DNA from: Wujia sp.
GTDB taxonomy: Bacteria > Bacillota > Clostridia > Lachnospirales > Lachnospiraceae
NCBI GenBank assembly: GCA_045531735.1
Contig: JAZSEO010000008.1
Span: forward strand, 19,896-83,895
Length of the DNA: 64,000 nucleotides
Direction of reading: 5' to 3'
Shown piece after piece: positions 49,807-58,310 of this stretch. How positions within the stretch are numbered: position 1 is the first letter of the stretch; every line of letters starts with the position of its first letter. Made by a program: the position numbers and the translations under genes. The notes under the pieces were generated by a model, which saw only the letters and a program-made list of their open reading frames with translations, did no database searches and was not told where the DNA came from.

Positions 49807-50563
49807 TTTCCATACCCTCCTTTTCTACGAGAGTACCGAAGATTTCTCTTAAGCTTCTACTATCCGTCTCTTTCTTTAACTCTTCAAGAGAGCCTTCTTT
49901 TATTATCTTTCCTTTATATATCATAATGATACGGTCACATATATATTCTGCCTCCTCCATGTAATGAGTAGAATATAGCACAGCCTTACCTTTTTCTCTT
50001 TCCTTCTTCATAAATTCTACAATAGCATTGCTACTTATTATATCCAACCCAAGTGTAGGTTCATCAAATATATAAATCTGTGGATCGTGAATAAGACATC
50101 TGGAAATTGCTGCACGCTGTGTCTGGCCTGTAGAAAGCTTTTCTATCCTATTATCAATAAATGCATCAAGTTTAAGCAGATTGGCAATCTCTTCAATTCT
50201 TTCTTCTGTTTTCTTTTTGGGAATCCCATATATATCTCCCATTATTTCAAGAAGTTCTCTGGTGCTTAATCTTCCATAAAGCTTTGTATTGCCTGAAAGA
50301 TATCCTATTTTCCTTTTTATTTCTTTGACATCATCAATTACTAATCCACCTTCCTGAAACATAACGTTTCCTGATGTTGGTTCCATCAAATTTCCAAGCA
50401 TTCTTAACAGAGTCGTTTTTCCTGCTCCGTTCGGTCCTAAAACACCCACAATTTCTCCCGCCTTAACAGAGATTGATATATCATCTACTGCATTAAATGT
50501 TATTTTTTTATTTTTCTTTTCATTTTTTTCAAAGGTTTTTATAAGATTCTTCGCAACTAACAT
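49799..50563 (-). CDS. ABC transporter ATP-binding protein (NatA-like)
   Basis: Walker A GPNGAGKTT, signature LSTGQTQR, Walker B IFDEPTLGLD. It overlaps the permease start by 8 nt. Confidence 0.92.
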   Translation of the reverse strand: MLVAKNLIKTFEKNEKKNKKITFNAVDDISISVKAGEIVGVLGPNGAGKTTLLRMLGNLMEPTSGNVMFQEGGLVIDDVKEIKRKIGYLSGNTKLYGRLSTRELLEIMGDIYGIPKKKTEERIEEIANLLKLDAFIDNRIEKLSTGQTQRAAISRCLIHDPQIYIFDEPTLGLDIISSNAIVEFMKKEREKGKAVLYSTHYMEEAEYICDRIIMIYKGKIIKEGSLEELKKETDSRSLREIFGTLVEKEGMENE

Positions 50564-50594
50564 TTTATTCCCCCTATTTTTTCAACAAATCAAT

Positions 50595-50619
50595 AAAGGC
50601 TGTCGATACGACAGCCTTT
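50595..50619 (-). terminator. hairpin after the esterase-methyltransferase gene
   Basis: 11-bp perfect stem AAAGGCTGTCG/CGACAGCCTTT with a 3-nt loop. The T-tract on the reverse strand is only weak. Confidence 0.45.
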
Positions 50620-50622
50620 ATT

Positions 50623-52329
50623 TTATATTGCAACATCATATGCTTCACTACCTAATTTAACTCGTATCAGCTTATGGTTATATGATATCTTATTATAATT
50701 AACAGCAACTTTGGTAAATAGCTTTAATTTAATGGTTTTAGGTAAGTATTTGGAAAGGGGTTCCTCTGCCAATATTTTATAATCCGCTCTCCACTCAGAT
50801 ATTACTTTTGTCGCATCATTTATAGACATTTTTCGTTTTTTGAGAGTTCTCGTTGTCTCTCTAAACATATTCATATATGCCGTTGCACCAGTAGTTGATG
50901 TCGTAAAGACAAATTCTGCACCTGGGAATTTATGCCATATCTTTTCAAGCATATTTTTCACCTCATGTGGTCTGCAAAAGGATAACTCATCATGACAAAC
51001 AAATATTATCCCTTTGTTTCTATCACAGGAAATCTCATCAATCCAAGTCAAATCCATAAGAGTTCTTCCTATAGTTTTTTCTCTTGGTCTCTCACCATAC
51101 ATAGCTCTCCTTACCGACATGGTATTGTGAGAATCTATGCTATACCACTGTATACGTCCATTGTCCATTCTTTCAAACATATTATCAAGCCTGCAACCAA
51201 TATTAACTATTGTGGCATTAGGATATTCCATAATATATCGTTCTACCGATTTATCGCAAGCTGCAAGAGAGGTTGCCATAACCAAATTGCGATATTCACT
51301 ATATTTTGTACGAATTTTTGAAAAATCAAAATTATGACCATATACAAATTTTGATGCCCAGTCATCTCTTATCAATTCCGGATATTTTTTTGACCATGTA
51401 GACAAAAGCTTAAGAGGATATACATCTGTCACCGAAGCATCAAACGTCATATTAATAACATCCACAAGATAATCAAATGCTTTCTTACTCTCTTTACTCT
51501 TAGAATGAATCATAAAATTATGACATTCTTCTTCAAATTCAAAAAATCTCGCATTAAGACCCTGTAATTTTGCTTTTTGATAAAAGGCTCTTGCATAACA
51601 GTTGAACATATCATTAAGACTAGAAACAACCACTACATCGCCACATATATCTGTATAATCTTCATAAAAAGGACTTGTATATTCTGTTTTTACAGCATAG
51701 TCTTTTACCCAAAAAGAATTAATAAAATCCTTAGCACCTTCACTATAAAAATATCTGTTTTCTTTATAGACAGAATCTACAACCTGCGTTTCCAGCTCCT
51801 TATCAAAAAATTCTGTATCAAGTGCAGGTGAAAGCAATATCAGTTGGTCTGGTTTTTTGAGACCTTCCTTCCACGCAACAATAGAAAGAGACAATGCCAA
51901 TCCAGCACCTGATGAATCGCCAAGTAAAATAACCTTTTCAACATCACATCCCCTAGTGAGATTTGCATATGCTTTTTGCAGCATTTCAAAAACTTCACGG
52001 CAACAATTTTCCGGTGCTAGCGGATACATAGGAACAAACAACCCCGAACCAGTTTTTATACTGAGCTTAGTTATAAAATCCCACTGCTCATCAGATATAT
52101 TTTTACACATGCAACTACCATATATATATACTATATATGTCCCCGAGAAACCTTCTTTGGGAATCATTCGATAGCATCTTCTTCCTCCCTCCAAAAGCTC
52201 ATCCACCTCAAATTGCTTATATATATATGACGGTAGCTTATGAAAATATTTTTTTCTATCCTTAAGCACTTTCTTTTTCAAAGCGGATTTATCCATTTTA
52301 AGTTTTTTTACAGACACTTTTTTACCCAT
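50623..52329 (-). CDS. fusion protein: alpha/beta-hydrolase (HSL/Abhydrolase_3-like esterase) plus a class I SAM-dependent methyltransferase of the LCM/TcmP type
   Basis: The N-terminal half has the nucleophile elbow GDSSGAG and a later CHNF His. The C-terminal half has IVNIGCRLDNMFERMD....WYSIDSH, resembling the LCM/TcmP O-methyltransferase pattern (from memory). Confidence 0.65.
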   Translation of the reverse strand: MGKKVSVKKLKMDKSALKKKVLKDRKKYFHKLPSYIYKQFEVDELLEGGRRCYRMIPKEGFSGTYIVYIYGSCMCKNISDEQWDFITKLSIKTGSGLFVPMYPLAPENCCREVFEMLQKAYANLTRGCDVEKVILLGDSSGAGLALSLSIVAWKEGLKKPDQLILLSPALDTEFFDKELETQVVDSVYKENRYFYSEGAKDFINSFWVKDYAVKTEYTSPFYEDYTDICGDVVVVSSLNDMFNCYARAFYQKAKLQGLNARFFEFEEECHNFMIHSKSKESKKAFDYLVDVINMTFDASVTDVYPLKLLSTWSKKYPELIRDDWASKFVYGHNFDFSKIRTKYSEYRNLVMATSLAACDKSVERYIMEYPNATIVNIGCRLDNMFERMDNGRIQWYSIDSHNTMSVRRAMYGERPREKTIGRTLMDLTWIDEISCDRNKGIIFVCHDELSFCRPHEVKNMLEKIWHKFPGAEFVFTTSTTGATAYMNMFRETTRTLKKRKMSINDATKVISEWRADYKILAEEPLSKYLPKTIKLKLFTKVAVNYNKISYNHKLIRVKLGSEAYDVAI

Positions 52330-52340
52330 CTAAATCTCCA

Positions 52341-53357
52341 TTATTTCTCATATCCATTTGGATTCATACTCTGCCATCTCCACGAATCAACACACATACG
52401 CTCTATATCATATTGTGCTTCCCAGCCAAGCTCTTTTTTTGCTTTTGTAGAATCTGCATAACATACAGCTATATCACCTGGGCGTCTATCCTTAATCTCA
52501 TACGGAATACTTTTACCAGAAGCTTTTTGGTAGGCATCGACTACCTGTAACACGCTATATCCTTTTCCTGTTCCAAGATTATATATCGAAAGACCTGTTT
52601 CATTTATAATGTTCTTTAACGCCATAACATGCCCTTTTGCCAAATCAACTACATGGATATAATCTCTTACACCAGTTCCGTCAATGGTAGAATAATCATT
52701 TCCGAAAACCCCCAGCTTTTCTAATTTACCTACTGCAACCTTAGAAATATATGGCACAAGATTATTAGGTATTCCGTTAGGTTCTTCTCCAATAAGCCCG
52801 CTTTCATGTGCACCAATAGGATTAAAATATCTAAGTAATACTATATTCCATGTTTTATCTGCATTATATATGTCAGTAAATATCTGTTCAAGCATACTTT
52901 TTGTATGCCCATACGGATTAGTTATCTGACCCTTAGGACATTCTTCTGTTATTGGCATTTCTGACGGTTCACCATATACTGTAGCAGATGAGCTAAATAT
53001 AATATTTTTAACTCCATGCTTTTTCATACTATGACAAAGATTGAGAGTACCCGTAATATTATTATTGTAATACTCCCATGGTTTTGCAACTGATTCTCCA
53101 ACGGCTTTTAATCCTGCAAAATGCATAACGGCATCTATATTTTCCTTTAAAAAAACAGAATCCACTCCATCTATATCCAACAAGTCAACCGGATAAAACA
53201 AAATACTTTTACCAGTAATTTTTTCCACTCTTTTTATAGCTTCTTTACAGGAATTAACAAGGTTATCTAAAACCACCACATCATAACCAGCATCTAAAAG
53301 CTCAACACAAGTATGACTTCCTATAAAACCTGCACCACCTGTAACTAAAATTTTCAT
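52341..53357 (-). CDS. galE: UDP-glucose 4-epimerase
   Basis: MKILVTGGAGFIGSH Rossmann motif, catalytic YGHTK, 338 aa. Confidence 0.94.
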   Translation of the reverse strand: MKILVTGGAGFIGSHTCVELLDAGYDVVVLDNLVNSCKEAIKRVEKITGKSILFYPVDLLDIDGVDSVFLKENIDAVMHFAGLKAVGESVAKPWEYYNNNITGTLNLCHSMKKHGVKNIIFSSSATVYGEPSEMPITEECPKGQITNPYGHTKSMLEQIFTDIYNADKTWNIVLLRYFNPIGAHESGLIGEEPNGIPNNLVPYISKVAVGKLEKLGVFGNDYSTIDGTGVRDYIHVVDLAKGHVMALKNIINETGLSIYNLGTGKGYSVLQVVDAYQKASGKSIPYEIKDRRPGDIAVCYADSTKAKKELGWEAQYDIERMCVDSWRWQSMNPNGYEK

Positions 53358-53464
53358 AATTTTTCTCCTATATCATAATTTTACAGATAAATTTATTATA
53401 TCAAAACAAAGTATATTAATCTAGTATTTTAAGCAAAAAGCCACATTTATAAAGAAGTTGATGA

Positions 53465-53494
53465 TTGACAATATATATATATTAATGATATGAT
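53465..53494 (+). promoter_or_regulatory. sigma-A promoter of tRNA-Leu
   Basis: TTGACA (53465..53470), an 18-nt spacer, then TATGAT (53489..53494). It lies about 15 nt upstream of the tRNA 5' end. Confidence 0.6.
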
Positions 53495-53508
53495 TCTTGG
53501 TGCAATTC

Positions 53509-53592
53509 GCAGTTGTGGCGGAATTGGCATACGCGCATGATTCAGGTTCATGTCCACTTACGTGGGTGTGGGTTCAAGTCCCATCAACTGCA
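53509..53592 (+). tRNA. tRNA-Leu (anticodon CAG)
   Basis: Hand-folded cloverleaf. Acceptor GCAGTTG/CAACTGC plus discriminator A. 3-bp D stem. Anticodon stem CATGA/TCATG with loop TTCAGGT. Long variable arm (CCAC/GTGG). T arm GTGGG-TTCAAGT-CCCAT. No encoded CCA. Confidence 0.9.
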
Positions 53593-53606
53593 CTAAATAT
53601 TTATAC

Positions 53607-53650
53607 AAAAATCCCGAAGCTCTGAATTTAAACAGTTCTTCGGGATTTTT
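53607..53650. terminator. bidirectional intrinsic terminator
   Basis: AAAAATCCCGAAG...CTTCGGGATTTTT. It serves the tRNA (+) and the convergent trigger-factor-like gene (-). Confidence 0.8.
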
Positions 53651-53675
53651 GCTATTTTCAAACTATTATTTGTTT

Positions 53676-54770
53676 TTATTGTGCATCTGTCGCTGTTGCA
53701 GGAGTTCCGTTCTCAACAAGGAAGGTGCTCACCTTGTCAGCAAGCGCATAATATACTACATCCTCCGCGCTGTAGGTTTCATCAAACTCGCCTTCACCTG
53801 TAAGACCTGTGTTAGATATCATCTCTAATCTATATGCATCTACCTCAGCATCAGTAACTCTTATATTTTCTGCCTTTGCAATGGCACAAACCACTATTTT
53901 TTCTCTCATATAATCTTCTACAACACCTGAGATATAAGTTCTAAAATCTTCTTCAGATGCCATACCATATTTTGCAATTACATAAGTTTCAAGGTCATAA
54001 CCATACTCTGCTGCATCTTCACTGACATCAGACATTGTATCATCGATTAACTCTTTCATTTCCTTTTCCGGATATTCATTTATTGTAGTCCCTGATACAA
54101 CCACAGACATAATAGCTATTTTATTATAATATGCATCATACTCTAACGCATCGGCTGTAAGCTGATCAATTATAGACTGCTCATATTCTGTCACCGAAGT
54201 GTAATCTGTATATGTTGCAACAAACTGGTCATTATATTCTGGAACAGTTTTTACAATCAAAGAATTAATAGTAATCGAGAACACAGCATCTCTGCCAGCT
54301 AGTTCTACACTGCCGTAATCATCTGGGAAAGTCACATTAATATCAAATGTTTCACCAACATCATGACCAATAATCTGCTCTTCAAAGCCATCAATCATAG
54401 AACCCGAACCAATTGTAAGTTCATATCCTGCTCCCTGAGTAGAACCACCCTCAAACTCAACACCATCTATACTTCCAACAAAATCAATATTAACTACATC
54501 ACCATTTTTAACTGTTCCTGTTGTAGCCTCTTCTGAAACTGTATAAGTTGCAAGCAATTCATCCACCTGTGCCTGAACCATTTCAGATGTAACCTCTGTC
54601 TGTGTCTTATCAAACGCTACACCCTTATACTCACCAAGAGTACAATACCCTGCGTATTTATCTATATACTTATCCTGGTTTACTTCATCGCTTCCACAAC
54701 CTGAAAGCATCGAAAGACCCATTGTCAGAATTAAAGCACAACCGATTTTTTTAATACTTTTTTTCATCAT
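53676..54770 (-). CDS. trigger-factor-like lipoprotein (FKBP PPIase plus TF C-terminal domain, no ribosome-binding domain)
   Basis: Lipobox LSGCGS after a signal peptide. The segment GDVVNIDFVGSIDGVEFEGGSTQGAGYELTIGSGSMIDGFEEQIIGH...VTFPDDY...LAGRDAVF aligns closely with the trigger factor PPIase domain. A TF-like C-terminal arm follows (AIAKAENIRVTDAEVDA). Confidence 0.8.
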   Translation of the reverse strand: MMKKSIKKIGCALILTMGLSMLSGCGSDEVNQDKYIDKYAGYCTLGEYKGVAFDKTQTEVTSEMVQAQVDELLATYTVSEEATTGTVKNGDVVNIDFVGSIDGVEFEGGSTQGAGYELTIGSGSMIDGFEEQIIGHDVGETFDINVTFPDDYGSVELAGRDAVFSITINSLIVKTVPEYNDQFVATYTDYTSVTEYEQSIIDQLTADALEYDAYYNKIAIMSVVVSGTTINEYPEKEMKELIDDTMSDVSEDAAEYGYDLETYVIAKYGMASEEDFRTYISGVVEDYMREKIVVCAIAKAENIRVTDAEVDAYRLEMISNTGLTGEGEFDETYSAEDVVYYALADKVSTFLVENGTPATATDAQ

Positions 54771-54976
54771 ATTTATCCTTTCTTATATAAATGTAATTCC
54801 TAACTTTATTTTTATATCATATTTTGAAAAAAAAATAAAGAATGTTTTAGACTTTTCACACAAATAACATATAGGAATTATTTTTATTTTTTTACTTTAC
54901 CACTATATATAGTTATATAGAAAACCTTTATAATTCAAGCTTTTACACATTTTATCAAGATTTATCGCAAATATAA

Positions 54977-54992
54977 TCACAATATCTTGGGA
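54977..54992. promoter_or_regulatory. NrdR box 1 (candidate)
   Basis: TCACAATATCTTGGGA compared with the consensus acaCwAtATaTwGtgt. Its centre lies 31 bp from box 2. Confidence 0.55.
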
Positions 54993-55007
54993 AATTTTTA
55001 TTTTTTT

Positions 55008-55023
55008 ACACAATATTTAGTGG
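55008..55023. promoter_or_regulatory. NrdR box 2 (candidate), overlapping the -35
   Basis: ACACAATATTTAGTGG is a good match to the NrdR box consensus. It overlaps the TGGACA -35 hexamer. Confidence 0.65.
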
Positions 55024-55049
55024 ACAAATAATATACTAAGTGCTATAAT
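55021..55049 (+). promoter_or_regulatory. sigma-A promoter of nrdD-nrdG-dut
   Basis: TGGACA, a 17-nt spacer, then TATAAT with an extended TG (TGCTATAAT). Confidence 0.6.
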
Positions 55050-55117
55050 GACAAAGCACAATAATTCAAATGATAAAATCCCATATTTAGGGATTTTAAT
55101 TTTATAGGAGAGGTGTT

Positions 55118-57244
55118 ATGAAAGTTATCAAAAGAGATGGTCATACCGTCACCTATGACCGTACAAAAATTATAACAGCCATTCAGAAGGCTAACGCAGA
55201 GGTTGAGCCTTGCGAAAAAATTTCTGATGAAAAAATTGAAGAAATAGTACAGGGGATTGAAGTAAAAAACCGCTCAAGAATGTTAGTTGAGGACATCCAG
55301 GATATTATCGAACAAAAACTCATGGATGATAGAAAATTTGTGCTTGCTAAAACCTATATCATTTATCGTTATACAAGAGAACTTGTCCGTAAAGCAAACA
55401 CAACTGACGATTCCATCTTAAGCCTTATCCAGAACAGAAACAAGGATGTAATGGAAGAAAACTCTAACAAAAATGCCACTGTTGCATCTACACAAAGAGA
55501 CTTAATTGCCGGTGAGGTTTCCAAAGACCTCACAAGAAGAGTTCTTCTCCCAGAAAAAATCTCAAAGGCACACGATGAGGGTGTACTCCATTTCCATGAT
55601 GCAGACTACTTCCTTCAGCCTATATTTAACTGCTGTCTTATCAACATAGGTGACATGCTTGATAATGGAACAGTTATGAACGGAAAACTCATCGAAAGTC
55701 CAAAGAGTTTTCAGGTCGCTTGTACTGTAATGACTCAGATTATTTCATCGGTAGCCAGCAGTCAGTACGGTGGACAGTCAGTAGACGTAAGACATTTAGG
55801 TAAATATCTCCGCAAGAGCTATGTTAAATATAAAACTAAGCTGGTTGAAGACTACGGCGAAACAATCGACGAAGAAATCTTAGATAAAATGGCTAAGGAT
55901 CGTCTCAACGACGAGCTTCGTTCAGGAGTCCAGACTATCCAATACCAGATTAACACTCTTATGACTACAAACGGACAGTCACCTTTCGTTACACTCTTCC
56001 TTAATCTGGATCCTAAGGACGAGTACATCGAAGAAAACGCTATTATTATAGAAGAAATTCTTCGTCAGAGATTGGAAGGCATCAAAAACGAAAAAGGCAT
56101 CTACGTTACACCTGCTTTCCCTAAGCTTATATATGTTCTCGACGAACACAACTGCTTAAAGGGTGGCAAATACGATTATATAACTAAGCTTGCTGTTAAA
56201 TGCTCTGCTAAACGCCTCTATCCTGATTATATATCAGCAAAAAAGATGCGCGAAAACTATGAGGGCAATGTATTTTCTTGTATGGGTTGTCGTTCTTTCC
56301 TCTCAACATGGAAGGATGAAGAGGGCAACTACAAATGGGAAGGTCGTTTCAACCAAGGTGTTGTAAGTCTTAACCTTCCTCAGATTGGTATTATTGCAAA
56401 AGGCGATGAGGATAAGTTCTGGAAACTGTTAGACGAAAGACTTCAGCTTTGTTATGATGCTCTTATCTGCCGTCATCATGCCCTTCACGGAATTACCTCT
56501 GACGTAAGTCCTGTACATTGGCAGTACGGAGCAATAGCAAGACTCAAAAAAGGTGAAAAAATTGATAAGCTTCTCCACGATGGATATTCAACTATTTCAC
56601 TTGGATACATCGGTTTATATGAAGTAACCAAACTCATGAAGGGTGTAAGCCACACCGAACCAGATGGCGAAGAGTTTGCTCTTAAGGTTATGAAAAAGCT
56701 TCGCTCATCATGTGATAAATGGAAAGCAGAAACAGGCCTTGGATTTGGTTTATACGGCACACCTGCTGAGTCTCTCTGTTATAGATTTGCCCGCATTGAC
56801 CAAGAGCGCTTTGGCACTATCCCTGATATCACAGATAAAGGTTATTACACAAACTCATATCATGTAGACGTCAGAGAAAAAATTGATGCGTTTAGCAAAT
56901 TCAGATTTGAAAGTCAATTCCAGAATATTTCTTCAGGTGGTGCAATCTCATATGTAGAAATCCCTAATATGAGACATAACCTTGATGCATTAGAAGAAGT
57001 TGTAAGATTTATTTATGACAACATTCAATATGCTGAATTCAACACAAAGTCTGACTACTGTCATGTTTGTGATTATGATGGAGAAATTATTATCAATGAC
57101 AACAACGAGTGGGAATGTCCACAGTGTGGCAATAAGGAGCATTCTAAGATGAATGTTACAAGACGTACTTGTGGCTATCTCGGCGAAAACTTCTGGAATG
57201 TTGGTAAAACAAAAGAAATTAAATCAAGAGTATTACATCTGTAA
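55118..57244 (+). CDS. nrdD: anaerobic ribonucleoside-triphosphate reductase (class III)
   Basis: N-terminal ATP-cone (MKVIKRDGHTV.YDRTKI), a C-terminal zinc site CHVCDY...CPQCG, and the glycyl-radical motif RRTCGYLG. Confidence 0.95.
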   Translation: MKVIKRDGHTVTYDRTKIITAIQKANAEVEPCEKISDEKIEEIVQGIEVKNRSRMLVEDIQDIIEQKLMDDRKFVLAKTYIIYRYTRELVRKANTTDDSILSLIQNRNKDVMEENSNKNATVASTQRDLIAGEVSKDLTRRVLLPEKISKAHDEGVLHFHDADYFLQPIFNCCLINIGDMLDNGTVMNGKLIESPKSFQVACTVMTQIISSVASSQYGGQSVDVRHLGKYLRKSYVKYKTKLVEDYGETIDEEILDKMAKDRLNDELRSGVQTIQYQINTLMTTNGQSPFVTLFLNLDPKDEYIEENAIIIEEILRQRLEGIKNEKGIYVTPAFPKLIYVLDEHNCLKGGKYDYITKLAVKCSAKRLYPDYISAKKMRENYEGNVFSCMGCRSFLSTWKDEEGNYKWEGRFNQGVVSLNLPQIGIIAKGDEDKFWKLLDERLQLCYDALICRHHALHGITSDVSPVHWQYGAIARLKKGEKIDKLLHDGYSTISLGYIGLYEVTKLMKGVSHTEPDGEEFALKVMKKLRSSCDKWKAETGLGFGLYGTPAESLCYRFARIDQERFGTIPDITDKGYYTNSYHVDVREKIDAFSKFRFESQFQNISSGGAISYVEIPNMRHNLDALEEVVRFIYDNIQYAEFNTKSDYCHVCDYDGEIIINDNNEWECPQCGNKEHSKMNVTRRTCGYLGENFWNVGKTKEIKSRVLHL

Positions 57245-57265
57245 TATTTGGAGAGGATATAAATT

Positions 57266-57802
57266 ATGAACTACGCTGATATTAAGCGCATCGACGTAGC
57301 TAACGGTCCCGGAATAAGGGTATCCCTCTTTGTTTCAGGATGCACACACCATTGCAAAGGTTGCTTTAATCCTGAAACTTGGGACTTTAACTTCGGCGAG
57401 CTTTTTACTGAAAAGCAAATTGATGAAATAATTTCATATCTCGAACCAGACCATATAAAAGGTTTGTCTCTTCTCGGAGGCGAACCTTTTGAATATAGTA
57501 ACCAACAAGGTCTTTTACCTCTTTTGAGAAAATTTAAAGAGGTATATCCAAACAAAGATGTGTGGTGTTATACCGGTTATCTATTTGACGAAAACATTGT
57601 AAAGGAAATGATGATTAAATGGCCTGAAACTCGAGAAATAATCAAATATATTGATATTATTGTAGACGGAAAGTTCGAGCAGGAGCTAAAAGATTTAAAC
57701 CTTGTATTTAGAGGTTCATCAAACCAGAGAATTATAGATGTACAAAAATCCCTTGAAGCTGACGAGATTGTTCTCTGGGAAGGGAAAGGAAGTTTAAAAT
57801 GA
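57266..57802 (+). CDS. nrdG: anaerobic ribonucleotide reductase activating protein (radical SAM)
   Basis: VANGPGIRVSLFVSGCTHHCKGC radical-SAM cluster motif, 178 aa. Confidence 0.93.
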   Translation: MNYADIKRIDVANGPGIRVSLFVSGCTHHCKGCFNPETWDFNFGELFTEKQIDEIISYLEPDHIKGLSLLGGEPFEYSNQQGLLPLLRKFKEVYPNKDVWCYTGYLFDENIVKEMMIKWPETREIIKYIDIIVDGKFEQELKDLNLVFRGSSNQRIIDVQKSLEADEIVLWEGKGSLK

Positions 57803-58248
57803 TTACAAATGTACCAGTTAATATAAAAAAATTAAAGGATAATGCAACTATTCCTACCTACGGTTCAGCATACGCTGCCGGAGCAGATTTATACGCTTGC
57901 TTAGATAACAACTTAACCATTGAGCCAGGCGACACATATCTCGTACCTACAGGACTTGCTATGGAGCTTCCAGAAGGCTACGCAGGCCTTATCTACGCAA
58001 GAAGTGGACTTGCATCAAAGAAAGGACTTGCGCCTGCCAATAAAGTAGGCGTTGTAGACTCTGATTATCGTGGTGAAGTTATGGTAGCACTCCACAACCA
58101 CTCTAAAGTAGCAGCAACCATAGAACCAAACGAAAGAATTGCACAGTTAGTCATAACACCTTATATAGCAGCCTCTTTCGCAGTAGTAGATGAACTCGAC
58201 TCTACAGAGCGTGGAACAGGAGGTTTCGGTTCAACCGGAACACACTAA
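57799..58248 (+). CDS. dut: dUTP diphosphatase
   Basis: Motifs AAGADLYA, RSGLA, GVVDSDYRGEV and ERGTGGFGSTG. Its start overlaps the nrdG stop (ATGA). Confidence 0.93.
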   Translation: MITNVPVNIKKLKDNATIPTYGSAYAAGADLYACLDNNLTIEPGDTYLVPTGLAMELPEGYAGLIYARSGLASKKGLAPANKVGVVDSDYRGEVMVALHNHSKVAATIEPNERIAQLVITPYIAASFAVVDELDSTERGTGGFGSTGTH

Positions 58249-58265
58249 ACTTATAAATACGCTAA

Positions 58266-58297
58266 TAAAAAATCACAGCATTAGCTGTGATTTTTTT
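58266..58297. terminator. bidirectional intrinsic terminator
   Basis: AAAAAATCACAGC-atta-GCTGTGATTTTTTT, between convergent dut and the PrsA-like gene. Confidence 0.8.
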
Positions 58298-58310
58298 ATG
58301 GGAAAGTATA

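Noticed and set aside
53550-53828. 92-aa + strand ORF starting inside tRNA-Leu and running through the terminator into the trigger-factor-like gene
   Set aside because: It overlaps a well-folded tRNA, a strong terminator and the antisense of a motif-rich CDS, so it is spurious.
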